NCBI RefSeq assembly: GCF_009914755.1
Contig: NC_060941.1
From: the human T2T-CHM13v2.0 reference genome, Homo sapiens
DNA length: 64,000 nucleotides
Reading direction: 5' to 3' (one strand)
This document shows positions 63,105 through 64,000 of the stretch, piece after piece (position 1 is the stretch's first letter; every line of letters starts with the position of its first letter). The notes beneath the pieces were generated by a model, which was not told the DNA's origin, made no database searches, and worked only from the letters and a program-made list of their open reading frames with translations. The translations under genes and the position numbers were made by a program.

Positions 63105-63887
63105 CTGGGAATGGGGGAAAGGGCGAGACAGAGGGGAGGGGAGGGTGGGGGAGGGGGCAGGGACGGAGAAGGTTGGAAGATTCGTGAACGAGCCTGGGAG
63201 ACCATTATAATAAGGGCAGGGGACCTTCTACCCCGTGCGGGGGCGGGGGGGGCGCAAGAAGGCCGCGGTCGGCGGCGGAGGAGGGGCGAGGGGGATTAGA
63301 CACAAGTGAATCTAAGGGAGCCAGAAAGGGGAGCCCCCTCCCCCGGTAACCAGCACCAGAGTTGTGTAGGAGGTGGTTCAGATCTATTAGAAGTGCCATA
63401 AACTTTAGGAGGAAGGATGTGAAGGAGGGGGGAAAATAAGAATAAAAAAGCCGGGTGGGGACGAATGGACCCACCTTGAAAAGCCCCCAGAGCCTCTGCC
63501 CCAGAAGAAAAGTTTCTTCAGGGTAATTAAACTATAAAGCAATTGAGAAGTGCAAAAGTTGAGCGCCCCCACTCCCACCACCCTCTCTTCACTACCCCCC
63601 ATAAAACAGTAAAAGGGGAAAAAAAGGAGGAGAAGAAGAAGAAAAGTAAGGCAGGGTGAGGGGTTTATAGATTCAGGAAATGTTTCTAAGCGACCCCCTT
63701 CAAGGGAAAGAAAAAAGAAAGAAGAAAGAAAGATAAGAAAGAAAGGGGAAAAGCGGCAGGCGATCGGAACGGAGCCGGCAAGTCTTCCAGAAGCTGGAGG
63801 AAATGCGCCCCGGCCTGCCAGGCCCCCTGCCCGGCCTTGGGCCCTTCCGGCCCCCTCCTGCCCTTGTCGGCCCCGAGGCGAGCTCAC

Positions 63888-64000
63888 CTTGCGGGCGCAT
63901 CCAGGGGAAGAGCTGTGTGGGCGACGGGCTCTGCTCGGAGCCCTCGGCCTCCTCGCCCAGGCCGCTGGCGGCGGCAAGCTTGCAGTCTGCGTACTGCACC
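63888..64000 (-). CDS. HOXB8: HOXB8 exon 1, 3' part (start lies outside the window)
   Basis: [37 protein letters not shown]; donor CAAG|gtgagc. Confidence 0.97.

Overview
This is not prokaryotic DNA. It is the central part of the human (or very close hominid) HOXB cluster, with all HOX genes on the minus strand: HOXB3 (3' end cut by the window start), HOXB4, MIR10A, HOXB5, HOXB6, HOXB7 and HOXB8 (5' end cut by the window end). I derived exon boundaries from GT/AG signals and reading frame. The spliced CDSs give 251 aa (HOXB4), 269 aa (HOXB5), 224 aa (HOXB6) and 217 aa (HOXB7). The plus strand carries the spliced 53-aa HOXB-AS3 micropeptide ORF, which the ORF track misses and which needs a GC-AG intron. 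Also visible are four DR5 retinoic-acid response elements, Hox/Pbx and MafB-type hindbrain enhancer motifs, recurring E-box+CCAAT promoter modules, miR-196 sites (near-perfect in HOXB8), two Alus, a MIR pair and several microsatellites. Most short ORFs in the track are chance or antisense shadows. The locus is heavily studied, so most elements are known, and I cannot claim an undescribed system. The best leads are inferences: (i) all six HOX introns are phase 1, so intergenic read-through splicing would give in-frame chimeric HOX proteins; (ii) NAGNAG acceptors could tune the hexapeptide-homeodomain linker of HOXB3 and HOXB8; (iii) an 88-nt HOXB3 leader exon contains uORFs; (iv) an AluY sits at the HOXB7 3' splice site. 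Names of known elements are recalled from memory, not looked up.
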